The notes beneath the pieces were generated by a model, which did no database searches, was not told the origin of the DNA, and saw only the letters and a list, made by a program, of their open reading frames with translations. From Acidimicrobiia bacterium (GTDB lineage: Bacteria > Actinomycetota > Acidimicrobiia > Spongiisociales > ZC4RG35), in the NCBI GenBank assembly GCA_035305585.1, contig DATGOV010000002.1, positions 2,476 to 66,475 on the forward strand: 64,000 nucleotides of DNA, read 5' to 3'. This document shows, piece after piece, positions 28,949 to 38,569 of this stretch (positions within the stretch are counted from its first letter, which is position 1; the number at the start of each line of letters is the position of its first letter). Made by a program: the position numbers and the translations under genes.

Positions 28949-29452
28949 TCAGAAATCGATGCGAGGGATCTCGAAGGTGTCTTCTATCCGGGAGCCGGGG
29001 ACGAGGAGGATGGGGCGCTGCGACTGCTCCATGACCCGGGCCGAGACGCTCCGCCACGCCTCTTCGGTGAACAGCCTCCGAGTCGCACCCATCACGAGGA
29101 CGTCGGCCTGGAAGTCCTCGGCCGTGCGGATTATCGCCTCGGCGGGATCGTCGCCTTCCACGAACCGCACACTGGCCTCGAGTCCTTGGGCGGCCAGCGC
29201 CGCCAGGATGGGGTCGACGGCCCGGCGTCCCCGCTCTTCGAGGTAGGCGGACGCCTTCGCCTCCGGGTCCCCACGGTCGTCGTCGGCGAGGAGAGAGCGG
29301 CGCTCCTCCTCGTCGAGGGCGTCGAGGAACGTCCGCGGCACCTGCACGACTGTCATGACGGTGAACTCTCCCTCATCGCCCCCCAGCCGCTTGCAGAGTT
29401 CGGCGACCGGCACAGGTGGCAGGACGCCGGTAGTGGCGATCAGAATTCTCAC
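28949..29452 (-). CDS. universal stress protein family
   Basis: MRILIATTG... N-terminus and the block ADVLVMGATRR...SVSARVMEQSQRPILLV. Confidence 0.7.
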   Translation of the reverse strand: MRILIATTGVLPPVPVAELCKRLGGDEGEFTVMTVVQVPRTFLDALDEEERRSLLADDDRGDPEAKASAYLEERGRRAVDPILAALAAQGLEASVRFVEGDDPAEAIIRTAEDFQADVLVMGATRRLFTEEAWRSVSARVMEQSQRPILLVPGSRIEDTFEIPRIDF

Positions 29453-29508
29453 AATCGCTCCCAGGTTAGGGTGAGCTTCGGAACCGATCAGTCAGGAGTC
29501 GCGACGCC

Positions 29509-30015
29509 ATGGTGGATCCGGAGACAGTGAATCTGGTCACGTGGAAGATACCCAATGCTCTGGCCCTCATCGGATCCCGAGCCGGCGAACGGTGGAACGG
29601 GATGACTGCCTCGTGGATCACCCAGCTCTCGATGGAGCCGGTCCTCGTGGGGGTGGGCATCGACAACAAGGCTGTGACCTACGAGCTGATCCGCGAATCG
29701 GGAGCCTTCTCCGTCAACCTGTGGCCGGCCGACGACACCCGCATCTTCGTGAAGTTCTCCAAGCCGGCGGAGAAGGAAGGCATGACTCTCAACGGCCGCC
29801 CCATCCGCGAAGGCCGGACCGGCGTCCCGATCTTCGAAGAGGCTCTGGCGTGGTTCGAATGCGAGGTGCGGCAGTCCCTCGACCTCGGGACCCACACGCT
29901 CTTCATCGGTGAGATCGTCGACGCCGGCTACGACCCCGATCGGAAAGACGACAGGGCGGCCGCCATGTCCGACACCCGCATGAAATACGGCGGGGTCAAA
30001 CGCGGCGGTCACTGA
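29509..30015 (+). CDS. flavin reductase family protein (FMN-binding split barrel)
   Basis: ALALIGSRAGERWNGMTASWITQLSMEPVLVGVGI...AFSVNLW, a typical flavin reductase-like domain pattern. Confidence 0.75.
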   Translation: MVDPETVNLVTWKIPNALALIGSRAGERWNGMTASWITQLSMEPVLVGVGIDNKAVTYELIRESGAFSVNLWPADDTRIFVKFSKPAEKEGMTLNGRPIREGRTGVPIFEEALAWFECEVRQSLDLGTHTLFIGEIVDAGYDPDRKDDRAAAMSDTRMKYGGVKRGGH

Positions 30016-30020
30016 CGGAC

Positions 30021-31226
30021 TCACGGCGGAGGGGGATATCCGGGCCTCCCCACTGCCACCCAGTGCTCGAACGCCTCCTCCGTGGAGACGTCGCGCTGGA
30101 GCTCCGTCGCCATCAGGTAGCGATGGTGGAGGAGGTCGCAGTATGCCTGGATGGGGTCGCTCACCCCCTCGATGGCCCGCAGGCGTTCGATCATCGGCTC
30201 GAACTCGGTGACACGCCACCGAATGGCGGACACATCCTTCTTGGTCGGGGTCTCCTGGATTCCCTCGCGGGCCTGGAAGTAGTAGAGGTCAGAGAGGATC
30301 ACCCGGGCCTGGTTCTCGAGGGCCTCGACTCCGGTCAGGTCCCGGAGCCGGTTGGAGTGGAACGTGCGGCCACCCAGCTTGAGCTTGAACCGAAACTCCT
30401 CGCCATCCGAGGTCGCCGGCACCAGCTCGACTTCCTCGACGTCGAAGCCGAGAGCGTTGATCCGCGCCATCTTCTCGCCGATCCTGTAGCGCTCGTCGGG
30501 GCCCATTGTTTCCTCGTCGGCCAGCTCGCTCCACAAGCTCTCGTATCTCTCGGCGATTTCCAAGCCCATCGCCAGATCCTCGGAGGCGGGTTCGGTTCCG
30601 GCCATGGCGGCCACGTCGGACACGCCGCCGGCGACATTCTCGATCATGATCGACAGGTCCTCGCGTCGCTGTCCGTCGCTCAAACCGCTCGGGTGGATCG
30701 AGGCGGTTTCGGCGTCGACCATGATCGTTTCCAAGCTGTCGGCGTCCCACCTGTAGAGGACATTGGACAAAGAACAGTCGCCCCAGAAGACGCCCAGCAG
30801 ATGGAGGCGTACCAGTAGGAAAGCGAAGGCGTTGAGCATCCGGCTGCGGTTCTTGCCGAAACCGGGGCCTTCCAACAGTTCGCGGTAGGAGAACGAGAAG
30901 GACTCGTAGGCGGTGATCAGTGCTGCCGAGCGCTCGTCGTGGCGGTCGGCGGTACGACCAGTCACCAGTCCCACCGCGCTCACCGCCGGCGCCGCCAGTT
31001 CTTCGAGTTCCCGCAATATGGCGTATTCGTGGCGCGCAGCCCGCTCGTTCAGTTCCTTGATGGCGTAGATCCCCTCCGGCAGGCTGACGAACCGGACCAC
31101 GTGGCGGGAGATGCCCTTCGGGAGGTCGACCAGTTCGGGGATCGCCCAGTCCTCGAGCGAGGTCTCCCACGGCAACTCGAGAAAGTCGGGATGGCCGGCT
31201 CGGACGGTGAGATTCGGCGTGGACAC
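30021..31226 (-). CDS. DUF4032 domain protein with N-terminal protein-kinase-like (Kdo/WaaP-like) fold
   Basis: GISRHVVRFV...YAIKEL...REYAILRELE...LLVRLHLLGVFWGDCSLSNVLYRWDA...MVDAETA...LSDGQRREDL. This matches my recollection of actinobacterial DUF4032 proteins. Confidence 0.55.
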   Translation of the reverse strand: MSTPNLTVRAGHPDFLELPWETSLEDWAIPELVDLPKGISRHVVRFVSLPEGIYAIKELNERAARHEYAILRELEELAAPAVSAVGLVTGRTADRHDERSAALITAYESFSFSYRELLEGPGFGKNRSRMLNAFAFLLVRLHLLGVFWGDCSLSNVLYRWDADSLETIMVDAETASIHPSGLSDGQRREDLSIMIENVAGGVSDVAAMAGTEPASEDLAMGLEIAERYESLWSELADEETMGPDERYRIGEKMARINALGFDVEEVELVPATSDGEEFRFKLKLGGRTFHSNRLRDLTGVEALENQARVILSDLYYFQAREGIQETPTKKDVSAIRWRVTEFEPMIERLRAIEGVSDPIQAYCDLLHHRYLMATELQRDVSTEEAFEHWVAVGRPGYPPPP

Positions 31227-31358
31227 GGAGACCGAGGCTATCGTTTCACGACCCGAGGCGACGATTTCTGTTCCGACGATCTGGGTCCATGGGCCTACGC
31301 GAAATCCTTGAAACTCGCTGGGTCACTCGCCCTATGGATCGGAAAGGCGGCGCCGACG

Positions 31359-32018
31359 ATGATGTCTACGACCAATACGGAACTCCCAAGCCGCCTCCCA
31401 TTCCCAGAAACCCCTCAAATGAGCCCCCGTCAACAAAAAGCCAAGAACGATCTGCTCCGGGCAATGGAGCACATCGTCGAAGATCTCCATGGGCACGTCC
31501 ATCGAGTCGCCGACCTCGCCATCTCCCTCGGCCGGACCCTCGAAGTGGACGAGGACGACATCGCCCGTCTCGGGCTGGTCGGTGTCCTCCACGACGTCGG
31601 CAAGATCCACGTCGACCCCGCGATCCTCTCCAAGCCCGGTCCTCTGGAGCCGTGGGAGTTGGAGCACATGCGTCGGCACCCCGAGTTGGGGTTCGCCATG
31701 ACCGTCGACCGGTTCGACCGCCGGGTGTCCGAGGCGATCCTGTACCACCACGAGCGTTATGACGGTCGCGGCTATCCCTTCGGTTTGGCCGGCATGGAGA
31801 TCCCCCTCCTGGCCCGTATCGTCCTGGTGGCCGACGCCTTTGACGCCATGGTGAGCCACCGGTCGTATCAGCCTGCGCTCCCGGTCGAGGTGGCCGTGGA
31901 GGAGATCAACCTCCACTCCGGGACGCAGTTCGACCCTCTGGTCGTGGAAGCTTTCAACCAGGTCCGCGACGCGGACCAGCTCCCCACGGCCAAGTCGACT
32001 TCGCTAGTCACTCCCTGA
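31359..32018 (+). CDS. HD-GYP domain phosphohydrolase (possible c-di-GMP phosphodiesterase)
   Basis: HGHVHRVADLA...LHDVGKI...HPELG...ILYHHERYDGRGYP...ADAFDAM. Start taken at ATGATG at 31359. Confidence 0.8.
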   Translation: MMSTTNTELPSRLPFPETPQMSPRQQKAKNDLLRAMEHIVEDLHGHVHRVADLAISLGRTLEVDEDDIARLGLVGVLHDVGKIHVDPAILSKPGPLEPWELEHMRRHPELGFAMTVDRFDRRVSEAILYHHERYDGRGYPFGLAGMEIPLLARIVLVADAFDAMVSHRSYQPALPVEVAVEEINLHSGTQFDPLVVEAFNQVRDADQLPTAKSTSLVTP

Positions 32019-32801
32019 CACGCGGGCTCGGCGCGTCAGTCGCGCCAGGTACCTCGCGACGGCCGCGTCGTGGTCGGGCTCGGCATGGCTCACGGCCTGC
32101 AGCGCCGCTGACAGCTCCAGGAACGCCTCCAGATCGGTGGTGCGAGACAGCCGTAGCAGGCGCTTCGTCAGCCGGACAGAGTGAGGCGGTTTGGCCGCGA
32201 TCTCCTCGGCGAGTGCCCTGGCCCGGTCCAACAACGCCTCGGGCTCTGTCACCTCGAGGAGGATGTCGAGGTCCACGGCCTCCGCGGCGTAGACCCGCCG
32301 GGCCGTGAGGGCGAGCTCGGTCGCCCGTTGCCAGCCGACCGCCCGGGGCAGGAGCCACGCCCCGCCGTCACCCGGGATGATCCCCAGCTCCGAGAACGTG
32401 TGAGCGAACCACGCCTTCGACGACCCGATCCTCAGGTCGCATCCGAGGACCAGGTCGAAGCCGGCGCCCACTGCCGGCCCGTTGACCGCGGCGATGGTCA
32501 CGGCGTCCGTGGAGTAGACCGCCCGAGTGAGCTCTTGGATCGTCCTCCGGTACCCCTCGGTGATCTCTGCGGGCGTCCCGGCGAAGATCCCCTCCTTCTC
32601 GGCCATGTCCTTGACATTGCCGCCGGCGGAGAATGCCGGCCCTTCCCCGGTGACTACGACCACCCCCGTGGGGGGCGAACGAAAGAAGGTCACGAGCTCG
32701 GCGAGCATCTCCGCACCGGTGAGGGCGTTGCGGATATCGGGCCGCGCCAGGGTGAGGATGCCGTATCCGTCGGTGATCTCCACGCGAGTCTGGCCGCTCA
32801 C
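32004..32801 (-). CDS. enoyl-CoA hydratase/isomerase (crotonase) family protein
   Basis: GEGPAFSAGGNVKDM and AAVNGPAVGAGFDLVLGCDLRIG crotonase blocks. The GTG start at 32801 overlaps the upstream stop (GTGA). Confidence 0.85.
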   Translation of the reverse strand: MSGQTRVEITDGYGILTLARPDIRNALTGAEMLAELVTFFRSPPTGVVVVTGEGPAFSAGGNVKDMAEKEGIFAGTPAEITEGYRRTIQELTRAVYSTDAVTIAAVNGPAVGAGFDLVLGCDLRIGSSKAWFAHTFSELGIIPGDGGAWLLPRAVGWQRATELALTARRVYAAEAVDLDILLEVTEPEALLDRARALAEEIAAKPPHSVRLTKRLLRLSRTTDLEAFLELSAALQAVSHAEPDHDAAVARYLARLTRRARVSGSD

Positions 32802-33598
32802 AGGAGTCCCACCCGGCGGGCAGTGCCCATGAACGCCTCCAGGCGTTCGGGGTCGAGCGGAGCTCCGGGAATGCCCTCGCGCTCCAGATACGTCCCGACG
32901 ATGACGTGGTCGCACCGGGCGGCGATCTCGGGGAGATTGGATGGGTCGGCCCCGGAGCCGGCGACCAGAGGTGCATGGGGCACCGCCGCCCGAACCTGCT
33001 CGAAGCGGTCGAGATCGGGGGCGTGACCCGTGCCGCTTCCCGAGACGATGAGGGCGTCGGCGCCGCCTCGCTGCCACGTGTCGGCGGCGGCTTGCTCGAG
33101 AGTCAGGCCGGGAGGAGGGACCGCATGCTTCACCAGGACATCCGCCCAGATGGCCACGTCGGGACACAGCCTCTCCCGGAGGCGGATCACCTCCGATGCC
33201 CGGCCGACGATCGGCCCTTGGTCGGTGAACATCGTGCCGGTGAGGACATTGACCCGCACGAACTGGGCACCGGTGGCGGCGGCCACGGAGAGTGCCGACT
33301 CGACGTCGTTGCGGAGGACATTCACTCCGACCGAGAGGCCCGTTGCCTCCTTCACCGCTTCCACGCAGCGGGTCATCGCCGCCACCGTCACCGCCGGGAC
33401 GCGGTCGGCATAGAACGGCACGTCTCCGAAGTTCTCGACCATGAGGGCGGGGAACCCGGCGTCGGCCAGGGTGCGCGCCCGGGCCACGGCGTCGGCGACG
33501 ACGTCTTCGATCGACCCGACGTAGCCGGGCGATCCAGGGAGTGGCCGGAGATGCACCATGCCGACCAGGCGGCCGGTCACGGTCCGACGGGCGGTCAC
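32798..33598 (-). CDS. BtpA/SgcQ family TIM-barrel protein
   Basis: LVGMVHLRPLPGSPGY...MVENFGDVPF...GVNVLRND...RVNVLTG, the BtpA family pattern. Confidence 0.7.
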   Translation of the reverse strand: MTARRTVTGRLVGMVHLRPLPGSPGYVGSIEDVVADAVARARTLADAGFPALMVENFGDVPFYADRVPAVTVAAMTRCVEAVKEATGLSVGVNVLRNDVESALSVAAATGAQFVRVNVLTGTMFTDQGPIVGRASEVIRLRERLCPDVAIWADVLVKHAVPPPGLTLEQAAADTWQRGGADALIVSGSGTGHAPDLDRFEQVRAAVPHAPLVAGSGADPSNLPEIAARCDHVIVGTYLEREGIPGAPLDPERLEAFMGTARRVGLL

Positions 33599-33599
33599 C

Positions 33600-34331
33600 T
33601 CAGATGAACGCCTGGGCGACCTCGAGGGCCTTGGCGGCCGCCTCCCCGGTGACCTTGAGCCGGCACTTGTCCGGCGACAGGCGCCGCACCACGATCCGCG
33701 CCCAGTCCGATGCCGAGCCCTTGATCAGGTCCTCGGCGTCCTCCGGCCCGTACACCCACTTGGCGTAACCGGGACCGATCACCTCGACGCGGATCGGCGA
33801 GTAGTCCAGCCCCGCGGTCTTGAAGGCGTACGGGAGCGTCTTCCAGCCCAGCCAGCAGACGTGTCGGATACGAGGTGTGTCCTCCACCTCGATGCCGAGA
33901 GCCTCGTAGATGTCGAGCCCGTGGGCCCAGGTCTCCATCAGGCGGAAGGTGGCGAAGGTCTTGGCACTCATGCTGCCGGCGATCCACTCCACTCGGTCGT
34001 CGGCCGCCATGTGCGACAGCGGCTCCACGACCTTGGCGCGGCCGGCTCTCCACCACTCGATGACGTCCTGGGGGCGCATCGAGCGGCCTTTCTCGATGGC
34101 TTTCTGGCGGAGCGCGTCGAGATCGGTGGCGTTCTTCCATTCCTCCACGCGTTCGCCTCCGGCGAGGGCGTCGGCCGCGAGGTCGGCGAAATCGGCCAGA
34201 TGGCTGATAGTGTCCCGGACGGTCCAGGGTTTGGCGGGAGTGACCTTGTCCCAGAGCTTGATCGGAATCCGCTGGAGCGACTGATCGAGAAACTGCTGCT
34301 CTGCTACCAGGTCTGAAAGGATCTCACGCAC
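33600..34331 (-). CDS. TIGR03084-like / DinB-fold (mycothiol maleylpyruvate isomerase N-terminal-like) metal-binding protein
   Basis: LSDLVAEQQFLDQSL....W...TPA.PWTVRDTISHLADFADLA pattern. 243 aa. Confidence 0.55.
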   Translation of the reverse strand: MREILSDLVAEQQFLDQSLQRIPIKLWDKVTPAKPWTVRDTISHLADFADLAADALAGGERVEEWKNATDLDALRQKAIEKGRSMRPQDVIEWWRAGRAKVVEPLSHMAADDRVEWIAGSMSAKTFATFRLMETWAHGLDIYEALGIEVEDTPRIRHVCWLGWKTLPYAFKTAGLDYSPIRVEVIGPGYAKWVYGPEDAEDLIKGSASDWARIVVRRLSPDKCRLKVTGEAAAKALEVAQAFI

Positions 34332-34395
34332 CCGACCAGTCTAGTCCCGCCAGCGGAAAAACGTGCCGGACGAGACGGTTGAAAGCGGTTTCCGA

Positions 34396-35481
34396 TCACC
34401 AGGGTCGCTCGGCCTGCTCCTCCCCCATGGGAGCGGGGGGTTGGACGAGGGCAGGCGGGGCGACGAGCTCGTTCAGCTCGTCGACGAGCTGGCGGAGCCG
34501 CCCGAAACCGCGCCGGTCGAACCGGAAGCTGATCCGCTCGAGGTCCAATGCGTCGTCGTCGGCGATCTCCGCTTCGGTCGGCTCGACCACGGTGATGGGC
34601 TCGCCGGCCACGATATCGGAGTACTCCTCGTTGAGCCGCTCCAGCGTGTCGGGGTCGGGAGCCTTGCGGAGGCGCAGCACCAGCAGGCCGTTGACATACC
34701 GCTGCGAGTGGTAGTTGGCGTAGAAGCGGCACAGCTCGTCCGCGGCAGCGACGTGGTCGTTGTGGACCGAGAAGAGGTTCGTGTCCGCCGACGAGATGTA
34801 CCCGCCCTTCACGAGTACTTCGGTCAGCACGGGAAGCACCTCGCCCCAGTACCCGGAGTCCTCCGACTCCATGAGCACGATCGGATGGAGGTCCGACTTC
34901 CCGGTCTGGACGAGCGTGAGCAGCTCGAACATCTCGTCGAGGGTCCCGAAGCCGCCCGGGAAGATGGCGAAGGCGTGGGACTCCTTGACGAAAGCCAGCT
35001 TGCGGGTGAAGAAGTATTTGAAGTTGACGGTTCGATCGGGGCTGATGTGGTCGTTGGCGTCGGCCTCGAACGGCAGGCGGATGTTCACGCCGTAGGAGTG
35101 TTCGATGCCCGCGCCCCGGCTCCCAGCCAGCATTATCCCCGGCCCGGCTCCGGTTATGACCCCCCACTCCCTGCGGGCCATCTCCCGGGAGAACTCCTCG
35201 GCGAGGACGAAGTCGGGGTGTCCTTCGGGGGTGCGGGCCGATCCGAACACCGTGACCTTGGGCTCGGTGTGGCGAGAGAACACGAGCATCGAGTAGCGCA
35301 TCTCCTTCAACGCCGTGTTCACCAATTTCAGGTCCCCTCGAGAGGGGTTGTCTCTGTGGAACTTCAAGGCAGTGGTGATGAGCTCCGCCACGAGGTCGGC
35401 ATTCGGGTTGGCGCTGGCGTCGCCGACCAACTCGCTGATCCGCCGGTCGAGTTCGGGGTCTCCCATCCCGTAGGAACGCAT
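34396..35481 (-). CDS. LOG family (TIGR00730) protein with N- and C-terminal extensions
   Basis: Core blocks VTVFGSAR, GVITGAGPGIM and PGGFGTLDEMFE (the PGGxGTxxE LOG signature). A ~110-aa acidic C-terminal extension follows. ATG at 35481. Confidence 0.8.
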   Translation of the reverse strand: MRSYGMGDPELDRRISELVGDASANPNADLVAELITTALKFHRDNPSRGDLKLVNTALKEMRYSMLVFSRHTEPKVTVFGSARTPEGHPDFVLAEEFSREMARREWGVITGAGPGIMLAGSRGAGIEHSYGVNIRLPFEADANDHISPDRTVNFKYFFTRKLAFVKESHAFAIFPGGFGTLDEMFELLTLVQTGKSDLHPIVLMESEDSGYWGEVLPVLTEVLVKGGYISSADTNLFSVHNDHVAAADELCRFYANYHSQRYVNGLLVLRLRKAPDPDTLERLNEEYSDIVAGEPITVVEPTEAEIADDDALDLERISFRFDRRGFGRLRQLVDELNELVAPPALVQPPAPMGEEQAERPW

Positions 35482-35495
35482 GGGGCCCAACTTAC

Positions 35496-36485
35496 TCAGC
35501 TGCCCGTGAAGGGCCGACGGGCGGGGCCGTTGCGCACGACCGCGTTCCACACGGTCTCGTAGTGGTCGCGGTCGTAGGGGTCGACGTGGGGGAGTACGAA
35601 CTCCTTCCACGCCTCGCGCAGCGGATCGGCCGCGGTGGCGTACACCCGGAGGCCCGTCGGCAGCCGATCGAGGATGGAGCGGAGCGACAATGGAGTCTCC
35701 ACCCGCGTGCCCGCATCGGGGGAGTCGAAGGAGGCGTTCACCTCGACCGCCAGCCGAGCGATGGCTTCGACGAAATCGGCGTGCAGGCTTGGATAGCGGA
35801 CCTGGAGCATCTGGCGGATCTGGTCTTCCGTCGGGAACCCCTTCTCCCAGATGACCCACCGGTCGGCGAAGGCCTTGTTGAGGGTTTGGGTGCCGGCATA
35901 GTCGCGCAGGTCCGTCGGGTTCATCGTGCCGAAGATGCGCACGTCGTCCCTGAGACGCACCGTCTCACCGGTGGGCAGGTCCAATGCGGCGTAGCGGTCG
36001 AGCAGGCCGTGCAGGGCGAAGAGAGTCTCGGCGCCTGCGGCGTTCAGCTCCGAGAGGTTGAGGAGGGCCGGTCCCCGCAGGGCGCGGGTGATCTCGCCGT
36101 CCTCCCACCTCGACTCGGTGCCGCCCATGCCGTCGCCCTGGAGCTGGGTGGATCCGATCAGGGTGACGTCGCGTACCTCTCCGGTCAGAGGGATGCGGTA
36201 GTAGGGAAGTCCCAGGAGAGCAGCGAACTGTTCGATGTCGTGGTCCTTGCCGGTGCCCATGTGGCCGCGCACTGCGACGTGGAGCGGCACCAGCCCCTGA
36301 TAGCCCTCCCGGCGCACTGCCTCGACCTGGGCGAATCGGTACAGCATCCCCAAGTCGACGTAGTGGGGGTCGGGCTCGGGGATCTTGGCGGCGCGCTGGG
36401 GATCGTCGGGGAGCGGGAACCGCTCCAGCTCGATGGGTGGGTTCTCGCCCGTCGGGTCTTCGAACTTGACTGTCTCGGCACCCAT
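35496..36485 (-). CDS. CobS-like MoxR-class AAA+ ATPase
   Basis: PEPDPHYVDL...VRGHMGTGKDHDIEQFAALLGLPYYRIPL...RIFGTMNP...QTLNKAFADRWVIW parallels CobS as recalled (PDLDPDYLFD...GYHGTGKSTHIEQVAARLNWPCVRVNL...FATANT...QINQAQMDRWSIV). The ATG at 36485 overlaps the upstream TGA. Confidence 0.7.
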   Translation of the reverse strand: MGAETVKFEDPTGENPPIELERFPLPDDPQRAAKIPEPDPHYVDLGMLYRFAQVEAVRREGYQGLVPLHVAVRGHMGTGKDHDIEQFAALLGLPYYRIPLTGEVRDVTLIGSTQLQGDGMGGTESRWEDGEITRALRGPALLNLSELNAAGAETLFALHGLLDRYAALDLPTGETVRLRDDVRIFGTMNPTDLRDYAGTQTLNKAFADRWVIWEKGFPTEDQIRQMLQVRYPSLHADFVEAIARLAVEVNASFDSPDAGTRVETPLSLRSILDRLPTGLRVYATAADPLREAWKEFVLPHVDPYDRDHYETVWNAVVRNGPARRPFTGS

Positions 36486-38569
36486 CAGGACGCCTCCTTT
36501 CTGATCGCTCGGGAAGATCTGATCCACCACGTGTCGAGGCCTTGCAGTGCGAGGCTCCGGCGGAGCGCCGACCGGGTGCCCTCGACCATGGCATTGGTGA
36601 GTTGTTCGGGACGTTCCACCACCTCGGCCCGCCGATAGGCGTTGTCGACGGTGTCGTCGCCGATCCCGATGCCCAGCACCGTGGTGCCCGAGCTCTCGAC
36701 CGCCGAAACGGCGGACCGCAGCGCCTGGACCGAGCCGCGTGTCATCCCGTCGGCCAGCACGACGAGCACGCGAACATCGGCGCCCAGGCGGGCCATCCTC
36801 TCGGCGGCGTGGACCACGTTGAATTCGTCGACGTTGGAAGCTTTCTCGAACATGGAAACCGGAGCCGTCTCTCGGGGGTTGCGGCGAGCCGCGGCGGCGG
36901 CGGCGCGGGGCTCGGCGGCGGTCCAGAACAAGCCGGCGAGGACATCCTCTGCTTCTCGCCACCGGCGATCGAAAGGCTTCACCAAGTAGTGGTTGACGGT
37001 GGCGGTGAGCCGATCTGCGGCTGCCCCTTGGGTGCGCCGCAATCCGGCGGTGGCTGCCGACCGGCTTCGGCTGTAGGACCATTCGCTGTCGCCCGGCCGG
37101 GCCGCGAACCCTCGATTGAACAGGGCCACCTCGAAGTCTATCTGGAGCTCGTCGGCGAGTCGGGCCAGAGTCCACGCCCCGAGCAACGCCGCCGACATGC
37201 CCCATGGCCGCGTGATCGCCGCCTCGCGCCCCTGGCCTCCCGAGACGGGGCGGGACATCAGCATCGACGCCGAGGCGTCGACGAGGAGACTGACGGCGTA
37301 CGTCCGCCGGGTTCGGGCCGCCCGCCGTTCGTAGAGCCGCTGGTAGAGGCCGGCGCCAATGAACAGAGCTGCGTGGGGGGATATGTCACCCTGGTCGTAG
37401 CCCGAGCGGAGGCCGCGGCGCTGGTTGGCGACGAAGAGGGGAAAGAGCTCCCCCGAGACGTGGCGCTGAGCGACCCCCCAGCGGGCGGCGGCCTCTGTCA
37501 GGGCCTGGCGTCCGTCTGCCGCGAACCCGGCGAAGGTGTCGGGGACCGAGGTGACGATCAAGGGGCCAGACTGGCCTGTGGGCAGGTAAACGCGGGGGGC
37601 CTGGCTGACCCGCAGCAGCTGGTCGGTCGACTCGTCCTGGGCCGTCTCCGCCGCCCCCTTGCGGTCGGACTCGCCCGACCGGGCTTGTGCCGCCCGACGG
37701 GTGTGTTGGTAGGACTCGCTGTCTTGCAGAACGGGGGAGAGGAGCCGCACCGAGTCCACGCCTTCGGCGGCCTGGTCGGCGTCGTGCTTCTCCAACGACC
37801 GCCGCTGGGACGGGGTGGACTGCGGAGGCGGCTCGGTCAGCAGTCCGTGGGCCTTGGCGATCGCGGTCAGCTTCAGGGCGATGCCCGCCACTTCCCACGG
37901 GTCGGATGCATCGGAAGCTTCGCGCAGCAGTTCGGTGGCATCGTCCAATGCCACGGAGGCCCGGGCCTCGAACCGCTTCTCGAGCACGGAGCGGTCGAGG
38001 TAGTCACCGACGATGAGGAAGCACCCGAGGGCGAACTGGCTGAGGGGGCCGGACTTGCTGACGGCGGCAGGAAAGGCCGCCCGGTACAGGTCGGCGAGGA
38101 CCGAGCGGGCGCCCGGGTAGACGCTGAGGCCTTGGCACTCCTGACGGGCGTCCTCGAGGGCGAAGAAGAACGTCTCGCTGACCGGGCCTCCGGCCCGCTC
38201 GAGGGCGGTGAGGAGGTCGAGGTCCTCCTCGGGCAAGGGCCCTTCGGTGATTCGGGGCCAATCGCCGGGGATCGGGCGACGTTCGTCGAGATCGGTCGAC
38301 ACCAGGTGCACCACCTCGTGGAGCGCGGATGCGAGGGCGACCTCATCCGGTGTGACGGGGGCGTTGCGGTTGTAGGCCGCCTGGAAGACCCGGGGGTCGC
38401 ATACGATCTCGGTCGGCGACGACGCCGGCTCCGAGCCGAGCCTCACCAGCAGCTCCTGGTTGCCGGACAGCGAACGGGCGAACCGGGTGATGGCGGGCGC
38501 CACCCGCTGATAGCGGGCGACCACGGCCTCCACGGCGCGGTCCTCGGGTCGCAGGAGGTCTTCGAGCAT
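36485..38569 (-). CDS. CobT-like VWA-domain protein with N-terminal HExxH motif
   Basis: About 694 aa. HEVVH lies at about nt 38306-38320. The C-terminal VWA-like region has a DxSxS-type segment (LLVDASASM). A GTG at 38593 is an alternative start. The upstream part of ORF 36485..39250 is antisense to the M16 gene and was rejected. Confidence 0.6.
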   Translation of the reverse strand: MLEDLLRPEDRAVEAVVARYQRVAPAITRFARSLSGNQELLVRLGSEPASSPTEIVCDPRVFQAAYNRNAPVTPDEVALASALHEVVHLVSTDLDERRPIPGDWPRITEGPLPEEDLDLLTALERAGGPVSETFFFALEDARQECQGLSVYPGARSVLADLYRAAFPAAVSKSGPLSQFALGCFLIVGDYLDRSVLEKRFEARASVALDDATELLREASDASDPWEVAGIALKLTAIAKAHGLLTEPPPQSTPSQRRSLEKHDADQAAEGVDSVRLLSPVLQDSESYQHTRRAAQARSGESDRKGAAETAQDESTDQLLRVSQAPRVYLPTGQSGPLIVTSVPDTFAGFAADGRQALTEAAARWGVAQRHVSGELFPLFVANQRRGLRSGYDQGDISPHAALFIGAGLYQRLYERRAARTRRTYAVSLLVDASASMLMSRPVSGGQGREAAITRPWGMSAALLGAWTLARLADELQIDFEVALFNRGFAARPGDSEWSYSRSRSAATAGLRRTQGAAADRLTATVNHYLVKPFDRRWREAEDVLAGLFWTAAEPRAAAAAARRNPRETAPVSMFEKASNVDEFNVVHAAERMARLGADVRVLVVLADGMTRGSVQALRSAVSAVESSGTTVLGIGIGDDTVDNAYRRAEVVERPEQLTNAMVEGTRSALRRSLALQGLDTWWIRSSRAIRKEAS

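Noticed and set aside
35496-38569. Calling the AAA+/VWA pair a bona fide cobaltochelatase CobS/CobT
   Set aside because: Similarity to CobS is clear at the motif level. But no cobN or other cobalamin gene is in the window, and the neighbours are unrelated to B12. I therefore keep only a family-level 'CobS/CobT-like' call.
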